A stretch of 64,000 nt of DNA, taken from the NCBI GenBank assembly GCA_012295275.1, contig CM022670.1, positions 2,852,001 to 2,916,000 of the forward strand, written 5' to 3'. How positions within the stretch are numbered: position 1 is the stretch's first letter; each line of letters begins with the position of its first letter. This DNA is from Chrysomallon squamiferum. Lineage: Eukaryota; Animalia; Mollusca. Position numbers and translations under genes: made by a program. Below the pieces are notes generated by a model. The model was not told where the DNA came from and did no database searches. It saw only the letters and a program-made list of their open reading frames with translations. Of the stretch, positions 1 through 14,415 are shown one piece after another.

Positions 1-396
1 TCTATACATAAAGATCATTGAAAAAAGTATTTAGAAATATTAACTATTCATTTATATATTTAATAATTTGGGTATTGAAATATTATAAAGTATCACGACA
101 GAATATATTCATTTATTCCATTTAACAATTTTTAAACTTATACAATAAGAATAATATATTTATTTCAGTCAGGTTCTATTTTGTAAAGCACAGACCATGT
201 TAATGCAAGGTTTACATAAATTCCAATCAATCGATGAAAAAAAAAAAAAAAAGATTAAAAGAAAATTAAAAATTCAAAAGGATTCATTTTATACGACTTT
301 TGTTTCTACACAAATATCCGCTAAACCAGCATAAAGCCTAATAGAATCTGGTTTTGTTTATTTATTTATTTTATATTTTTTTCCTTCTATTTTACA

Positions 397-512
397 CTAT
401 TACTACTAGTACTACACTACTACTACTACTGCTACTACTGCTACTACTGCGAGTGCAACAGCTATTACTACTATTTCTACTACTAACAACTACTACTAAT
501 AGTAATTATAGC

Positions 513-577
<65 letters not shown>

Positions 578-595
578 CAATAATAATAATAATAT
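397..595. repeat. (ACT)n/(AAT)n compound microsatellite
   Basis: Directly visible. Confidence 0.95.
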
Positions 596-2118
596 TTTTT
601 GATAAAATATAACTACATACCTGCTACTATCACGAAAAACAAACTGTTCATCTTCATATTTAATTTTTTTCTTCTTCTTCAACTTCGTGTGTACTTGCTA
701 TCAAATGAAGAAATCAAGCTGCTGAACACTTACAAAAACTCATCTATTTAACGTGTTTTTAAATCAGGCGTATTTTCATTGTTCTCGGCTCGTTTTCCTG
801 ATTCTAACTGTTCATTTAGACTCCATGAACCATGATCTTTCCTGGTTCAGACAATACGTTTACCACTACATTAACCCTTTTCACAAAGCTTGTGTGAAAT
901 TTAAAAGATAAAATGGGAAAAAAAAGGTTTCAAATGATACTGTTATGGTGTGTCGTGTAAAGACGAATTGATGTGTAACGTACTATCAAAGTCACGCCTG
1001 TAGTTTGGGCGTGATAATGTTGTTTTATGATGAGATAAGTGTTTTCGTTATGTTTACATTGTAATATAATTGTGATAACGCACCCAGTAAAACTGATAGC
1101 GATTATTGGATGTTAACGAATTTTGTTGTATATATGTAATGAGACAAATTTTTATTGTTCTTCGTTTAGGCTTTTTTTATTCTTTTAGCCTGTTGGTATT
1201 TTTTTTTCTTTTTGTTTCTTTTGTGCATAGTATGTCGTTGTTGTTGTTGCTGTTATTTTTTGGTTTATTTATATATTTACTTATTTTTATGGTGTTGAAT
1301 TTTTTTTAATTTTATTAATTTTTTGTCTGTTACATACTACTAGTGCTATTGGGTTCACGGTTATATATATATATATATATTTTTTGATCAGGGACAAAAA
1401 TTTATATTATTATTTACCCTTTTTGGTAGAGATCAAATTAAATTTAAAAAAATAATAATAATCCCCCAAAATGAGTTGCATTCTGAAATAATTTATTGAA
1501 GTCTAAGAAAACGTGTTTAATTAATTGGTATTTTTTTACACCAGAAGAAAGACACTTTATTTTTTTCCCAATTAGTAGAAGGAATCATTTATAACAAAAA
1601 CACACAAAAAAAAACAAAAACACACACTCACACGAGGCTAAAGGAACTTTCAGCAGGCGAACTGTTTAGAAAATCTGAAACCCACGAGAGAACACTGTCT
1701 TAGTTCACGTGTCCTAGCGGACGAAAAGAATAAATAAAATAAATAAATAACTTTGTGGTCTAAAGGGAAAAAGCAGCTTCAGATACAACCAACCCACTGA
1801 CCTGATACGCACGGTACACTGTTTTTTTATGGTTCAGTGACGAGTTGAAAACATTTAATATTAAAGACTGTTAAGTACATGTTTTTTTTTGTTGTTTTTT
1901 TAATAATAATTATCACACGAAACTGGGTGTACTGCATAACGATGAAATTTGTAAACCAAGAATAACAAAATTTTATCTTTAAAAAATATTTAACGAATGT
2001 ATTCAATTGCTTGTTTGATTTCGGTGCATAATTTTGGGCAGGTATGTATGAATGTAGATTCTTGTATGAACATAAAATATGAAACTGGTTTTTTTCTTCT
2101 ATTTTTTACGGGTTTATA

Positions 2119-2159
<41 letters not shown>

Positions 2160-2708
2160 CTCTGAGTGAAAAAACAACAGTTTATTCATTTTAATTATTT
2201 AAAACATGGCCTACATTTTATTTCATGTGCAGAAATAATGTAATAAAGTGACAGAACGTTTCATGCATAATTTAAAACAAACATGCAGTGTTTGATCAAA
2301 TGCTAAACTGTTCAATAATAACAGCATGGTGCTATAATGGACGGATATAAGAACTTGAATTGAACATTATTTTACATGAAGTGGTCTAGTCAAGTTAATC
2401 GTCCAAATGATCAATAACTTTAAGCTTTGATGTTGATGGCATCTGATTGCAAAATCAACATGTTCAGATGTTTAAAAGCAGACGCATCAAAGTTCATCTG
2501 CAAGTAGGGCACCGCATAAAAGTAAGTTCTCAAAAAAAAAAAAAAAAAAAAAAACACACACAAAAAAGTATCAGAAAAAATAACACCCCCACCCCCCAAA
2601 AAAACCCGATAAAACAAAACAGAAAAAAAAAAAAAAATAAACTAAAACAATAAATAAAAAATAAATAAATAAATAAATAAATGGAATTTTGATCTAAATT
2701 TTTATGAT

Positions 2709-2714
<6 letters not shown>

Positions 2715-2786
<72 letters not shown>
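2715..2786. repeat. (CT)n microsatellite
   Basis: Directly visible. Confidence 0.95.
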
Positions 2787-2789
<3 letters not shown>

Positions 2790-3771
2790 TATTTCCTTTT
2801 GGTTTGTGTTTTTATTTTTATTTATTTATTTTTTGTTTAATGTTTTTGTTGTTGTTTTATTTTTTTCTTAAATGCTTAACTCGTGTGTGTGTGTGTGTAT
2901 TACTGTTAAAGAATCATTATAATTCAAGAAAATATTTTTGCTGAAACGATTGTTACAGAATATAACGATTCAATAATAGAAATATATATATAAAAAAAAC
3001 CCCACAAATCAACACCTACCATTCAAAATAGCATATATATGCTTTTTTTTTTTTTTTATCTTAAAGTATCTACAGGAAAAAAACCTTCATCGTTAATCCT
3101 TTTCTCTTTTCTCTCAAAAGCGTCATTTACAAAGTCACTGGAGCAGACGCCATTTTTGTCTTTCTGTGTTATTGCATTACAAGGTGATAACAATTAGGAA
3201 AATCTAAACTTTCAATTGCCATTGATCAGAAAATGAATAAACTTTGTTTTGTGCACAGAATATCAATAACAGCGGTCCGAAATACTTCCACGTATTGAGA
3301 AACACTCTTTATATTTATGAATTAATCTACTTTTTAGTCGATCCATAATTCCGCTTGATTGAAGCATTGACGTCATGCGACTAAAGGTGAAGGTCATATT
3401 CATATTTCGGCCAAGGAACAAAGACTGATTTGATCGATGATTGATTTAATTACACATCGATCACAAATGGGTGAACTTTATAAATCAGTATTTAATAATA
3501 TCTGTAGACATCTCAGTAATCAGCTGATCAGTGTATAATAAGATTTTCAATATTTTATTGCATGGTATTGTAATTCAGGGATTAATCTCTGTATTTAAAT
3601 AACAACAAATTCTGTTCCGGGTACTCTGAGTATGATCAAACTCCGCATACACAGGCACATGGTATTGATAAATAGGTTTTTTATGACCTTCAAACAGCTA
3701 AGTCAATAAACTGATATTGGCATAAACACAACAACTACAACAACATCAATGATAATAACAATTTCATGAAC

Positions 3772-3809
<38 letters not shown>

Positions 3810-3983
3810 CCATAATGCACATCGACTAAAAATTACCCAATCTTTGAGTAGATTTTCCCATTTAAAACATTTGGCAGTGCTCACGTTATTTTGAAAGTGA
3901 GGGATCTTTTTGTTTTGTTTTTTATTCTTGTTATGTTTATTAGTATTTTTTGTTATGTGTGAGAGTTAGAAAAAAACAACAAC

Positions 3984-4015
<32 letters not shown>

Positions 4016-5226
4016 CCCACACCCACACAGACAAAACAAAACAAAAACAAAAGCAGCGATCTTTGAACATTATAACTTTCGTAAAATCTACCAAGTGAGT
4101 TACAGCTTACTACGAAATAACATACTTAGAAAGCACACTTAGTTTATTTGTTGACTTTCTGTTAATCTTCAACACGATCGAACGAGGGAAGCAACCGCAC
4201 AGCATTTCAAATCAGTCGCATCAGTTTATTACATCACAGAGCGGAAAACTGCAAGGTAACGGACGAGGTGCGTTTAAAATGTATTGAACGCGAAAATCAC
4301 AACCGATTCAAGAACGTTCAAGACGAAGTACGGAGTTATTAGTGACGGTGTCATGGTTACACTGTTTTGCCCGAGGTTTTCAAATAAACAGCACAGTGAT
4401 AATGCACACGTTAACTTGTCAAGTGACACTTGGCATTGATGAAACGATGAAGAAGATTATCAGGTAAACACAGGGCATGTTTTCGTAGGCTAGCATTTGT
4501 CTTCATTGCGTGACACACTGAACGTGCGACGAAGCAAAGTCACGTGTAAGACAAATGTGCAGAGTTAAAACAACGAGACAGAAAATTCCCTTTTCTTTTG
4601 AAAACCTGTTTAAAAAAAACAACATAATTATGTTTTTTCCTCATTCCTAAGGCTAAATAGTGTAGTGTTGATTAGATAAATTATAAAGTGAGGTCATACA
4701 TATTTACAATAACATGAAAAGTAAGCCTCTAAGATAAGAAGATGAAAAAAATCGTTTCTTTATCATCCGTAAATAGAAATAAAACATCGTTCAGGCTTTT
4801 GTCTTCTACAAAAAAAAAAAAAAAGAAAGACAAAACAAAATATATGTAATCTTGATGAAACAGCGAAGAAAAAAATGTCGTATCCTTTCAAGCATATCTA
4901 TTTGCGAGATTATTAAACTAATTATTGTTCAATAAAAAATGTGTTACGGTAATAACATTTTGTAATCGTTTTAGCTACATAATAAATAAAAATTATTATT
5001 ATTAATTTATATAACTTTGAAATTTTTTTTATATAACTTAAAGTAGCATGCAAAAGGTTTTATATTTTTGCATGATTATCATGTAACTGTTTTTAATTAT
5101 TATGTAGGATTAAATTAGATTAATAAAATAATTTTAAAACTAGATTTTCCGTTTAGTGAAATCTGACCAGATTTAAACAAAATATATAATAATAACAAGA
5201 ACGACAGCAACAGCAACAACAACAAC

Positions 5227-5262
<36 letters not shown>

Positions 5263-5263
5263 A

Positions 5264-5294
<31 letters not shown>

Positions 5295-5395
5295 AAGAAG
5301 AAGAAGAATCTTTTCTTTTTTTTTTCTGCCCTGTCCCAGGATCAGCTCTTCGCGGTGCGGTCTCTCAACTGTTTCCTGTTCATCCCAGCATCCTG

Positions 5396-6441
5396 CAGTT
5401 AGTACACAGTTAGTATACAGTTAGTACACAGTTAGTATACAGTTAGTACACAGTACACAGTTAGTATACAGTTAGTACACAGTTAGTACACAGTTAGTAT
5501 ACAGTTAGTACACAGTTAGTACACAGTACACAGTTAGTACACAGTTAGTATACAGTTAGTACACAGTTAGTACACAGTTAGTATAGTTAGTACACATTTA
5601 GTACACAATTAGTACACAGTTAGTACACAGTTAGTATACAGTTAGTACACAGTTAGTACACAATTAGTACACAGTTAGTATACAGTTAGTACACAGTTAG
5701 TATACAGTTAGTACACAATTAGTACACAATTAGTATACAGTTAGTACACAGTTAGTACACAGTTAGTATACAGTTAGTATACAGTTAGTACACAGTTAGT
5801 ATACAGTTAGTATACAGTTAGTATACAGTTAGTACACAGTTAGTATACAGTTAGTACACAGTATACAGTTAGTACACAGTTAGTATACAGTTAGTACACA
5901 GTTAGTATACAGTTAGTACACAGTTAGTACACAGTTAGTATACAGTTAATACACAGTTAGTATACAATTAGTATACAGTTAGTACACAGTTAGTATACAG
6001 TTAGTACACAGTTAGTATACAGTTAGTACACAATTAGTACACAGTTAGTATACAGTTAGTATACAGTTAGTACACAGTTAGTATACAGTTAGTACACAGT
6101 ATACAGTTAGTATACAGTTAGTAGACAGTTAGTATACAGTTAGTACACAGTTAGTACACAGTTAGTATACAGTTAGTATACAGTTAGTATACAATTAGTA
6201 TACAGTTAGTATACAGTTAGTACACAGTTAGTACACAGTTAGTATACAATTAGTATACAGAAAGCAGTTAGTATACAGAAAGTAGTTAGTATACAGAAAG
6301 TAGTAAGTATACAGAAAGTAGTAAGTATACAGAAAGCAGTTAGTATACAGAAAGTAGTAAGTACACAGAAAGTAGTAAGTATACAGAAAGCAGTTAGTAT
6401 ACAGAAAGTAGTAAGTACACAGTTAGTATACAGTTTGTACA
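5396..6441. repeat. Satellite: ~78 x 11-bp CAGTTAGTA(C/T)A followed by 9 x 18-bp CAGAAAG(C/T)AGT(T/A)AGTA(C/T)A
   Basis: Directly visible tandem array. The 18-bp block is 6258-6419; occasional 7-bp truncated units CAGTA(C/T)A occur. Confidence 0.97.
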
Positions 6442-9179
6442 CAGAAAGCCGTGGTACGAGGTTTCACGAAACTGGAAAGAACCATGTGAACGATTCATAG
6501 CTGCTAGAGTAAAAATATTTAATTTATCTACACATTTCTTTCCTCGTATCTTAAACAAACAAACAAACAAACAAACAAACAATCAAACACAAATAAATAA
6601 ATAAAGACAAAACAAACAGAAGAGGACATGCTGGTATGATGTAACTACTAACAGAATTATTTTTTCATTTGAATATGAAAATGTTATTCTGTCAGGCGCA
6701 ACAAAAATAGAACATGCAAAAGGCTTACAGTAGTTTATACAAAATAATTACATCGTGTCTTTAAATAAACATTAATTTATTCATTTTTATACCGTTCCAG
6801 TTTCTGTTCTATTTACTAGTTTTTTTCTATTTTGTATTTTTGTTGCATTTATATGAAAACAAAATGTATTTAACAAATTTATTCTATTGTTAAAAAAAGC
6901 TTTGTAATTTGGATAAAATCTTTATGATCATTTAATTATATATAAAGTATTTTTATTATATGTTTGTGAGCTCGACCTGTTACATTTATTTTTCAATTTT
7001 AGTTTTATATTTATTTTATTTGTTTTTTTGCGATTATATTGTATATGCTCACGTTATTAAAAAAATAAAATAAATAAGTAAATAAGTAAAAAAATTAAAT
7101 AAAAATTAAATATATAGAAAATTGTAAAGTAAAGATACGAAATACAACAAAAGAGGTATAAAACAATACACACAAAAGAAACACAATTAAAATACAGAAA
7201 TATAAAACAACACAACATTGTTCAGGATACAAAAACACAAAAGAGCCCAACAAAAGACAATTTACGCAAAACACTTAAAGAATGCATTTAAATCAAAACA
7301 CGACACAGAATAAAACAAGAATAACAAAAATTATGTGATGTTCTGATATCGTCCTTTTTCGCGGCCAACCAAATAGGTAAGTACTTCCTGAAAACAGAAA
7401 AAAGTAACCCAAGTAAACAAACAGACAAAAAATAAAAACCCATCAAAAATATCCGAAAAAAACGAATAAGTCTCAGTCTGAAGAATAATGAGTGATGCGA
7501 GCTTGACCAAATGTTTCTTTGAAATAGTCAACAATTACTTTTTAACAAAAGCAAAAGAAACAACAAAAAACACAAAACAAAACAGGACGTTGACATTTTA
7601 CAACTAAGTGAGAAGTGAGAAACAAGTGTCTTGAATGTATGACCATTGTTTTTTGTTTGTTAGTACTAAGATGTTAAAAGATTGATGCAAAGCTTAACAT
7701 AGTTTGTGTATACTAGGGGTTTTAATTATTGTCTTTTTATAATTAAGGGTTATAACATTATTTTACAAGGGGATTTAATAGTATGAATAGGATTACACCA
7801 GCAGTATTATTAGTAATGTGTATTTTGCTATCCAGGACTCAAATGAATGAAAGTTTTATACCAAACTCTGAAAGACAAAGACATATTCTCGTAAAGATAG
7901 GTTTCTTAAAGCTAAACAGTTCTACTATCAAAAATAGGAATCTGTTAACTCTGAATTAGATTTTTTAATAACTATACCAGTTTTATATGAGCGTCAGTTT
8001 ATTACATTTTGACTCTACTAGGTTAATTTCAAATGGACTAAGTTGAAATGAAATGAACTGAGAAGAGAAGAATGAAGTGGACTAAACTAGGCTGGGGTGA
8101 AAATGTTTGAACAAATCTTGTCAGAACGGGACAGAACTGGATTGAACCAGAATTGACCTGCGAAAATTAAGAGGTCTAAAATGGACAGGACTGAACCGGA
8201 CTTTTCGTTTTGATATTTAAAAAAATAAAAATGTTTTTTCAACCCGAAGAGAGAGCTTGTTAAAGAAAAATGAGATGATGAATTATTAATTTAAAAAAAT
8301 AAAAATAAAAAATTAAAGTTTGACGTTTATAATACTGCACAGCTCAACGAACTCTTCATTTATTCATGTTACATATTAAGGCAGTGTTGTTGTTTTTTTG
8401 TTTGTTTCTTTTCTTACTCATTTAACTTATTTACGCCAAGTGCTTTTTCACTGTATACAATATGTGTGTTATTATGTTTGTGAACATTAATATTCAAACA
8501 CATAGATTTTTATTTTATTTTACGCACCATTGTTATTCTGAATGACACAAGTCAGACGTTTTGTTCACTGATTCCAAAAACATCGGCACTAATTCCCATT
8601 GGATTATAACAAAACACTGAGATGAATTGCATTGTTCTGTCTACTTTACCGTTACTTTTTGTAGACAGTCACAACAGACTGTTCACCAGACTTAAAAGAC
8701 TTTAAAGAAAAAAAAGAATTACTTCCACTGAATACATATTTATACTGTTATTAATTTCTCTCTGATTACGAAGAGAGAAAATATTTTTTTTTTTTTTTTT
8801 TTTTATTGTGTTCTAGGAATATAAAAAGCTTTCTAAAATTATTAATTAAACCTTCTGGTAACTTAATTTGATTTTTTTTTTATGCATATATGTATAAATA
8901 TTATTTCTATAAAATAAAAAATATTCATATCAAAGAGTAGTTTTATGTTTTGGTTCTTTTTATATCTTAATGTCTAAATTTTATTATCATTGTTGTTGTT
9001 GCTGCTGCTGTTGCTGTTGGTATTATTACTATTATTATTATTATTATTGTTGTTGTTGTTGTTGTTGTTATAGCGGTTGGTGTGTTGTTTGTTGCTGATA
9101 CTAATATAATTTGTATTATTTATTGATATTTATGTTTCACTCTTTTTCATTCATTTACTTTTTTTATTTATACACCCCG

Positions 9180-9241
<62 letters not shown>

Positions 9242-9647
9242 CTATCTATATATATATTTATTAATCCATTCATTCATTCATTAAATCACTATATGCATTC
9301 TTCTTCTTCTTCTTCTTTTTATTTTATATTTTTTTTTATCGGGGATGGGTTGTTTTGTTTCTTCTTTTGTTGATTCTTTCAATTATTTATTTATTTGTTT
9401 TTCGGCCAATTACTAACCAACATTCATTATTTAGTTTACCCAGTTTTTCATTTCACCACGATCTTTCCCTCCCCAGAAAACCCCCAAAACAACTCTGTGT
9501 CTTGCACGCGATAAAACGTCACGTCTCTTCCATTGTCATGCATATTTATTTCACTCAAAAGAATCGATCATTTCCAAAACAGTCTAAGTACTTAATAATA
9601 TGAGTTCTTTCACTTGGATAGTGAAGTAGTGTAAAAAAAAAGCGAAG

Positions 9648-9702
<55 letters not shown>

Positions 9703-9775
9703 CCAACGTAATATTATTTGGTTATTGATTGATTTTTATCAAGACTATGCAAATGTTAGTTACTCGAACGAAAAC

Positions 9776-11576
9776 ATGATGGAACACACTGATTTCATGT
9801 TTTGGATTTTCTTTTATTGTTTCGTTGCCGGATTCTACCAAGGTAAATTCACACGGTATACATTGTTTTTTTGTTTGAGGTTTTATACCTTTTCAATTTT
9901 AATTTATTTGCTGAATGTAAATAACTGGCACTTTTGAATACAGTTTTGGTTCGTTTTGAATCGTAATTGTTATTAATTTCTGTCTGTTTGCAATAAGATA
10001 AAATAAAAAAAATGAAGTAAATAAATAAATATATATATTTGTTTTTGTTTTTGTTTGTTAGTGATGTTCTTGGAAGTACAAAGCTTTTCCAAAGTAATAT
10101 TTTATACTTTGTGTTAACTTAATTTGAATTTGATATGCCTGTATGGATTTATGTATAAATATTTCTGTGTATGGATATATGTATGTATGCTTCATATATG
10201 TATGTTGTACGTATGTATTTAAACATTAATTGTATATATGAATGTGTGTATATACATATGTATGAACATGTGTATCTATGAATGTATATATGTACTCATG
10301 TATATACATATGTATGTACATATCTATCTATGAATGTATATATGTACTTATGTATATATGTATATTTGAATGTATGTATGTATGTATGTATGTGTGTATA
10401 TATACGTACGTACGTATGCATGTATGAATGCATGTATGTACTTATGTATGTATGTATGTATGTATGTATGAATACATAAAAGCCACTATGCGAATGATAT
10501 TTACATATGTTACTGCTTATAAAAATAAATCAATTTAAAGAAAAAGTTAAATTCTGTTTTTATGCTATGCTGTAATAACCTTTACAATGATGTTCTCAAA
10601 GCTGAATTTTTCCCAAAGATCTATATCCATTATCAAATATGCGTGATGCATAACATATTGACAATTGTCAATGTAATGTTAACAATAATATTGTTTTTGG
10701 CTTGTAGGATATTTACCGTGGGCAAATGTAATCGATGAAATAAAAGGTTTTGGGACTTTGTTTTTCCTCAAACCATATCGGTCAAACGTTCTCTAGTGGG
10801 AAATAAATGCAAATAAATGTTTAGAAACAAACTAAATAAATATTTAAATAAATAAATAAATAAATAAATTAATTAATTAATTAATTAATAGATAAATAAA
10901 TGTGTAAGAACGACTAGTAATAATAATAAAAATAATAATAATAATTAAAACGAACAAAAATAGAAATTGGTGTTCACTGGATATAAAAATAAATGTGAAC
11001 AAATAAGATTAATTTTCTTCAGTCAGCTTTCCTCGCCTTACAACTAATAATTAAACAATGATTAATACAGTTTTCTGACTGACATGTTCTTGGATCTATT
11101 CTTGAAAATGGCTCCTGTAGATAGTTAATTAGGAAGGTATAACGTTCACATGACTCCTCTTTAAAATACTGGGTTTTTATAAATTTATTATATAAACATA
11201 TATAAACATATATAACACACAAAGTCGCACAATTCCACATTTCTCTAAACACCCAGTACAGTTGGGTGTGTACACCTTACATTATAAAACACAATGTTTC
11301 CTTCGTGTCGTTATTTATATGTGTTTAAATGTACCTAATACATCTATCTACATATCGTTTGTTTCTCTCAGTTGTTGGAGAATTCGTGTTAATTCAGGAA
11401 AGTGCCTACTACGACGTGAGTGAACCAAAGTGCCAGGCGCTGGGACTCGAGGCAGCAAAGATGGAGACGGAAAAGGCGTACAGACAAGCAGTGGAAGTAA
11501 TAGTAGCAACGCACAAGTACGCACAACTTTGATTAAACAAAGCAAATCAATATGCTGTGGTGTTGTAACTTCAAGT

Positions 11577-11660
<84 letters not shown>

Positions 11661-12875
11661 CTAAAACAAGTTAAACATAAACAATATTACTTCGTATCAC
11701 ATTTTCGTCAGTTTACAAATAAATGTTTCTTGTTGTAGCGGTGTTATTCCGATCTGGATAGGGCTCCACTACAGCGATACAGACAACACATTTCGGTGGA
11801 CAGACGGCACCAAGTCTTTTAGAGATAACTGGTACAAAGGCGGATCTTACAATGAGCCTGATAACCTGTCCACGGAACAGTGTATTGCCGTTCACAAGAC
11901 GTGGGATACTTATGCTTCCATGGTAACGAGAGACTGTGATGCTAAAAAATACTACATACTCTGTGGTTCATACGGTAAGTGGCTGGATAGGTAACAGAGG
12001 TCAAACTGGCAAACAGTGGAGAGAAATGCAAAGAGTTTACAATGTAACACATCTAAGAAGGCTTTGGCTATTTTAAAATGTAGACTTCTGCAAGACAATA
12101 ACTAATTTTTCAAGAGCTATATCTTACAAATAATATTATTTTTTAAATTAAAAAGCATATAATCTTGTTTTTCAATTGATTCAAAAAAAAAAATAAAATA
12201 AAATAAAAGTAAAAAAAAAATAAAAATAAAATAAAACTGATGGTGAAAAGGTGGCTAATGCTGACTTTGTTTGGTGTGGCAGTCCTCCTCAATAGGGTTG
12301 GAATGGCAGTCCTCTTAAATGGGTTTATCTTCAAGATAAAAACGTTCATTTACATTTCATTTTATAGATACTCACTGACTTCTATTTAATCAGTATTACT
12401 TATTCTTTCAAATTTCAGGTATATTTCTGTAATATAATACAAATTTTCTATTGCAATATTTAAATTCGCTATTCTTTACAGCCAGTGTTTTTGTCGACAA
12501 CATTATAATTAAAACAGCTTAACATTTCATAATCGTAGCATAATTTTAACCCGAATGTTCTGAAACTTTCTATGTTTCTGTTACAGTTGTATCTAAACGA
12601 CATTTTATGTGGCGTCTTTCTGTCCTTGTTTTGCAGATCCGCCTCCAATAGAAAGCGACGTGTTCCACGACGTAACGACGTCATCGGTAGCCAGCGGATT
12701 ACAGCTGTCGTCTGTGAACGTGAAGTCAAACATTGCCTGTGTCCGCCACTGTGTGAGCACAGAATCGTGCACTCATTATTCCATTTCTTCAGACAGGTCT
12801 CGCTGTGTTTTGTTTTCTGGGCGGACCTCTCCCGGCCAAACGAGTATTGGTTCACTGTACAGCAGACTAGAGTGA
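9776..12875 (+). CDS. Secreted C-type lectin + PAN/apple domain protein, paralog 1 (4 exons: 9776-9842, 11372-11516, 11739-11974, 12637-12875; 228 aa)
   Basis: All introns are GT-AG with compatible phases (1,2,1); the exons total 687 nt, ending in TGA. Exon 1 is the hydrophobic leader MMEHTDFMFWIFFYCFVAGFYQ. Exons 2-3 give a CTLD (..SEPKCQALG..PIWIGLHY..FRWTDGT..NWY..EPDN..EQC..RDC..ILCG) with four canonical Cys. Exon 4 has C-x3-C-x5-C-x11-C (CVRHCVSTESCTHYSISSDRSRC), the PAN/apple core. Confidence 0.88.
11580..11660. repeat. (AG)n microsatellite in intron 2 of lectin paralog 1
   Basis: Directly visible. Confidence 0.95.
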
Positions 12876-13374
12876 AAACGAATTAGTTTATCATTTTATA
12901 TATTTATTTCTTGTTTTTTTTTTTTTTTTTAATAAGAAGATGTTGCTCAGGTTTGTATTTGAAAAACTGACGAGGCCCTAAACCAGGGTAAGATGATGCA
13001 GAAACGGTATTTGGAAAATTTTAACCAGGAAAAGAGGGTGTTTTGTAAAACAAAATATTTTTCTTTCTTTATAAGAATGATTCCATGTACAGCTGTCTAC
13101 TGGGATTATCCCAACATCGTACAAAAGATAACGAAATTATTTTATCAAAATATTCAAATCATCATTAAACAGATTTCTAGCCTATAATACGGAAAAACGA
13201 AATAAAAAAAAAGAAAGAAAGAAAAAAAGAAGATTGTAGGGAAGATAACTCTGTAACATTGACTATATGTCACTAAGCTTATATTCAACAAATTAGTAAA
13301 GCTTATCAGAAAATTAATTCATTTTGAAGACAATTATATCTTCATTTATTTTGTGGGTTTTGCGGTTAAAGGAC

Positions 13375-13470
13375 AAAGCTGAAGAGACAGTAAAAGGGAT
13401 CAATTCTCCTCAATATTTCATCTAGCTTATTTCCCGTTCTAGTCAGTGCCCACAACACGGCTTTGGTGGA
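13375..13470 (+). mobile_element. Short SINE fragment
   Basis: GCTTATTTCCCGTTCTAGTCAGTGCCCACAAC resembles the segment that follows the tRNA head in this SINE family (from memory). Confidence 0.35.
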
Positions 13471-13994
13471 TTTAATTTCCACCCCCTTTATTAATGTATT
13501 TATTTATTTATTTCTTTACTTTATTTTATTTTATTTTTATTTTGTTCCTATCATTATGCCAATGCCCACGAAAATATACTGGCAACTAATACATAATTAT
13601 TCATATTAAAATATATCGAGGTCTATTTTATTTATTCAATAAAAAATAGTGTACGTATTTGTACGGAAGAGTTTTGTTAGTAAATTAATATTACAGAATA
13701 TGAAAGAACAATTTTTATGTCACCAAAACGTTACTGTTCGTTTTAGTAATCAGTTTACTGACAAACAAACCTAAATGGTGTTAAGGAAAATACTCCAGCG
13801 AATTATCCCTATTGTACAATTATTAGTTGAAGGAACACGTACAGAAATTTTTCACAGAAATGTTATTGTCAAAGTATAAATATTCTGATAAATAACTTAA
13901 TAGATGAAAAATAAGAGCAGTGAATAAATAAATATTTGTTTAATGAAGCTGATCGCATTTTTATAACATTAATCTCTATTATACTATTCCGATA

Positions 13995-13995
13995 T

Positions 13996-14031
<36 letters not shown>

Positions 14032-14188
14032 AATAATAATAATAATAACAATAATAATAACAACAACAACAATAACAACAGTAATAATAGTAACAATAAC
14101 AACAACAACAACAACAACGATAATAACAATAATGACGATGATGATGTGGGTGATGATAATGATGTTGATGATAATAAGGATACTCATG

Positions 14189-14233
<45 letters not shown>

Positions 14234-14245
14234 GTAATAATAATA
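13995..14245. repeat. (AAC)/(AAT)/(GAT) compound trinucleotide repeat
   Basis: Directly visible. Confidence 0.95.
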
Positions 14246-14271
14246 CTCTGTAACAATTCCGATGACAATTC

Positions 14272-14415
14272 TATCGATTCATAGCAAAAGAATATATTTT
14301 ACTTCACCTTCCCATAGACAGGGCAGCACATAACACGACTTTAATAAACTACTGTTTAGATCGGGAAATACAGCGATAAGGAACACAAGACCCACTGTCA
14401 GCTCTGCAAGCGACT
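14272..14415 (-). mobile_element. Decayed SINE fragment, same family
   Basis: ATAGCAAAAGAATATATTTTACTTCACCTTCCCATAGACAGGGCAGCACATAACACGAC core. Confidence 0.5.

Noticed and set aside
5396-6441. CRISPR-like or coding interpretation of the array (TTFCIL repeat ORF 6239-6442)
   Set aside because: No unique spacers and no cas genes in a eukaryotic context; the ORF merely reflects the 18-bp unit.
11430-12886. ORFs 11430-11738, 12469-12855 and 12572-12886
   Set aside because: Off-frame or antisense readings of lectin 1 exons and an AG repeat.
13869-14268. Poly-Asn/Asp, poly-Leu and poly-Ile ORFs (superficially like acidic shell-matrix proteins)
   Set aside because: They are translations of a trinucleotide microsatellite, with a TTG start and no convincing signal peptide or exon context.
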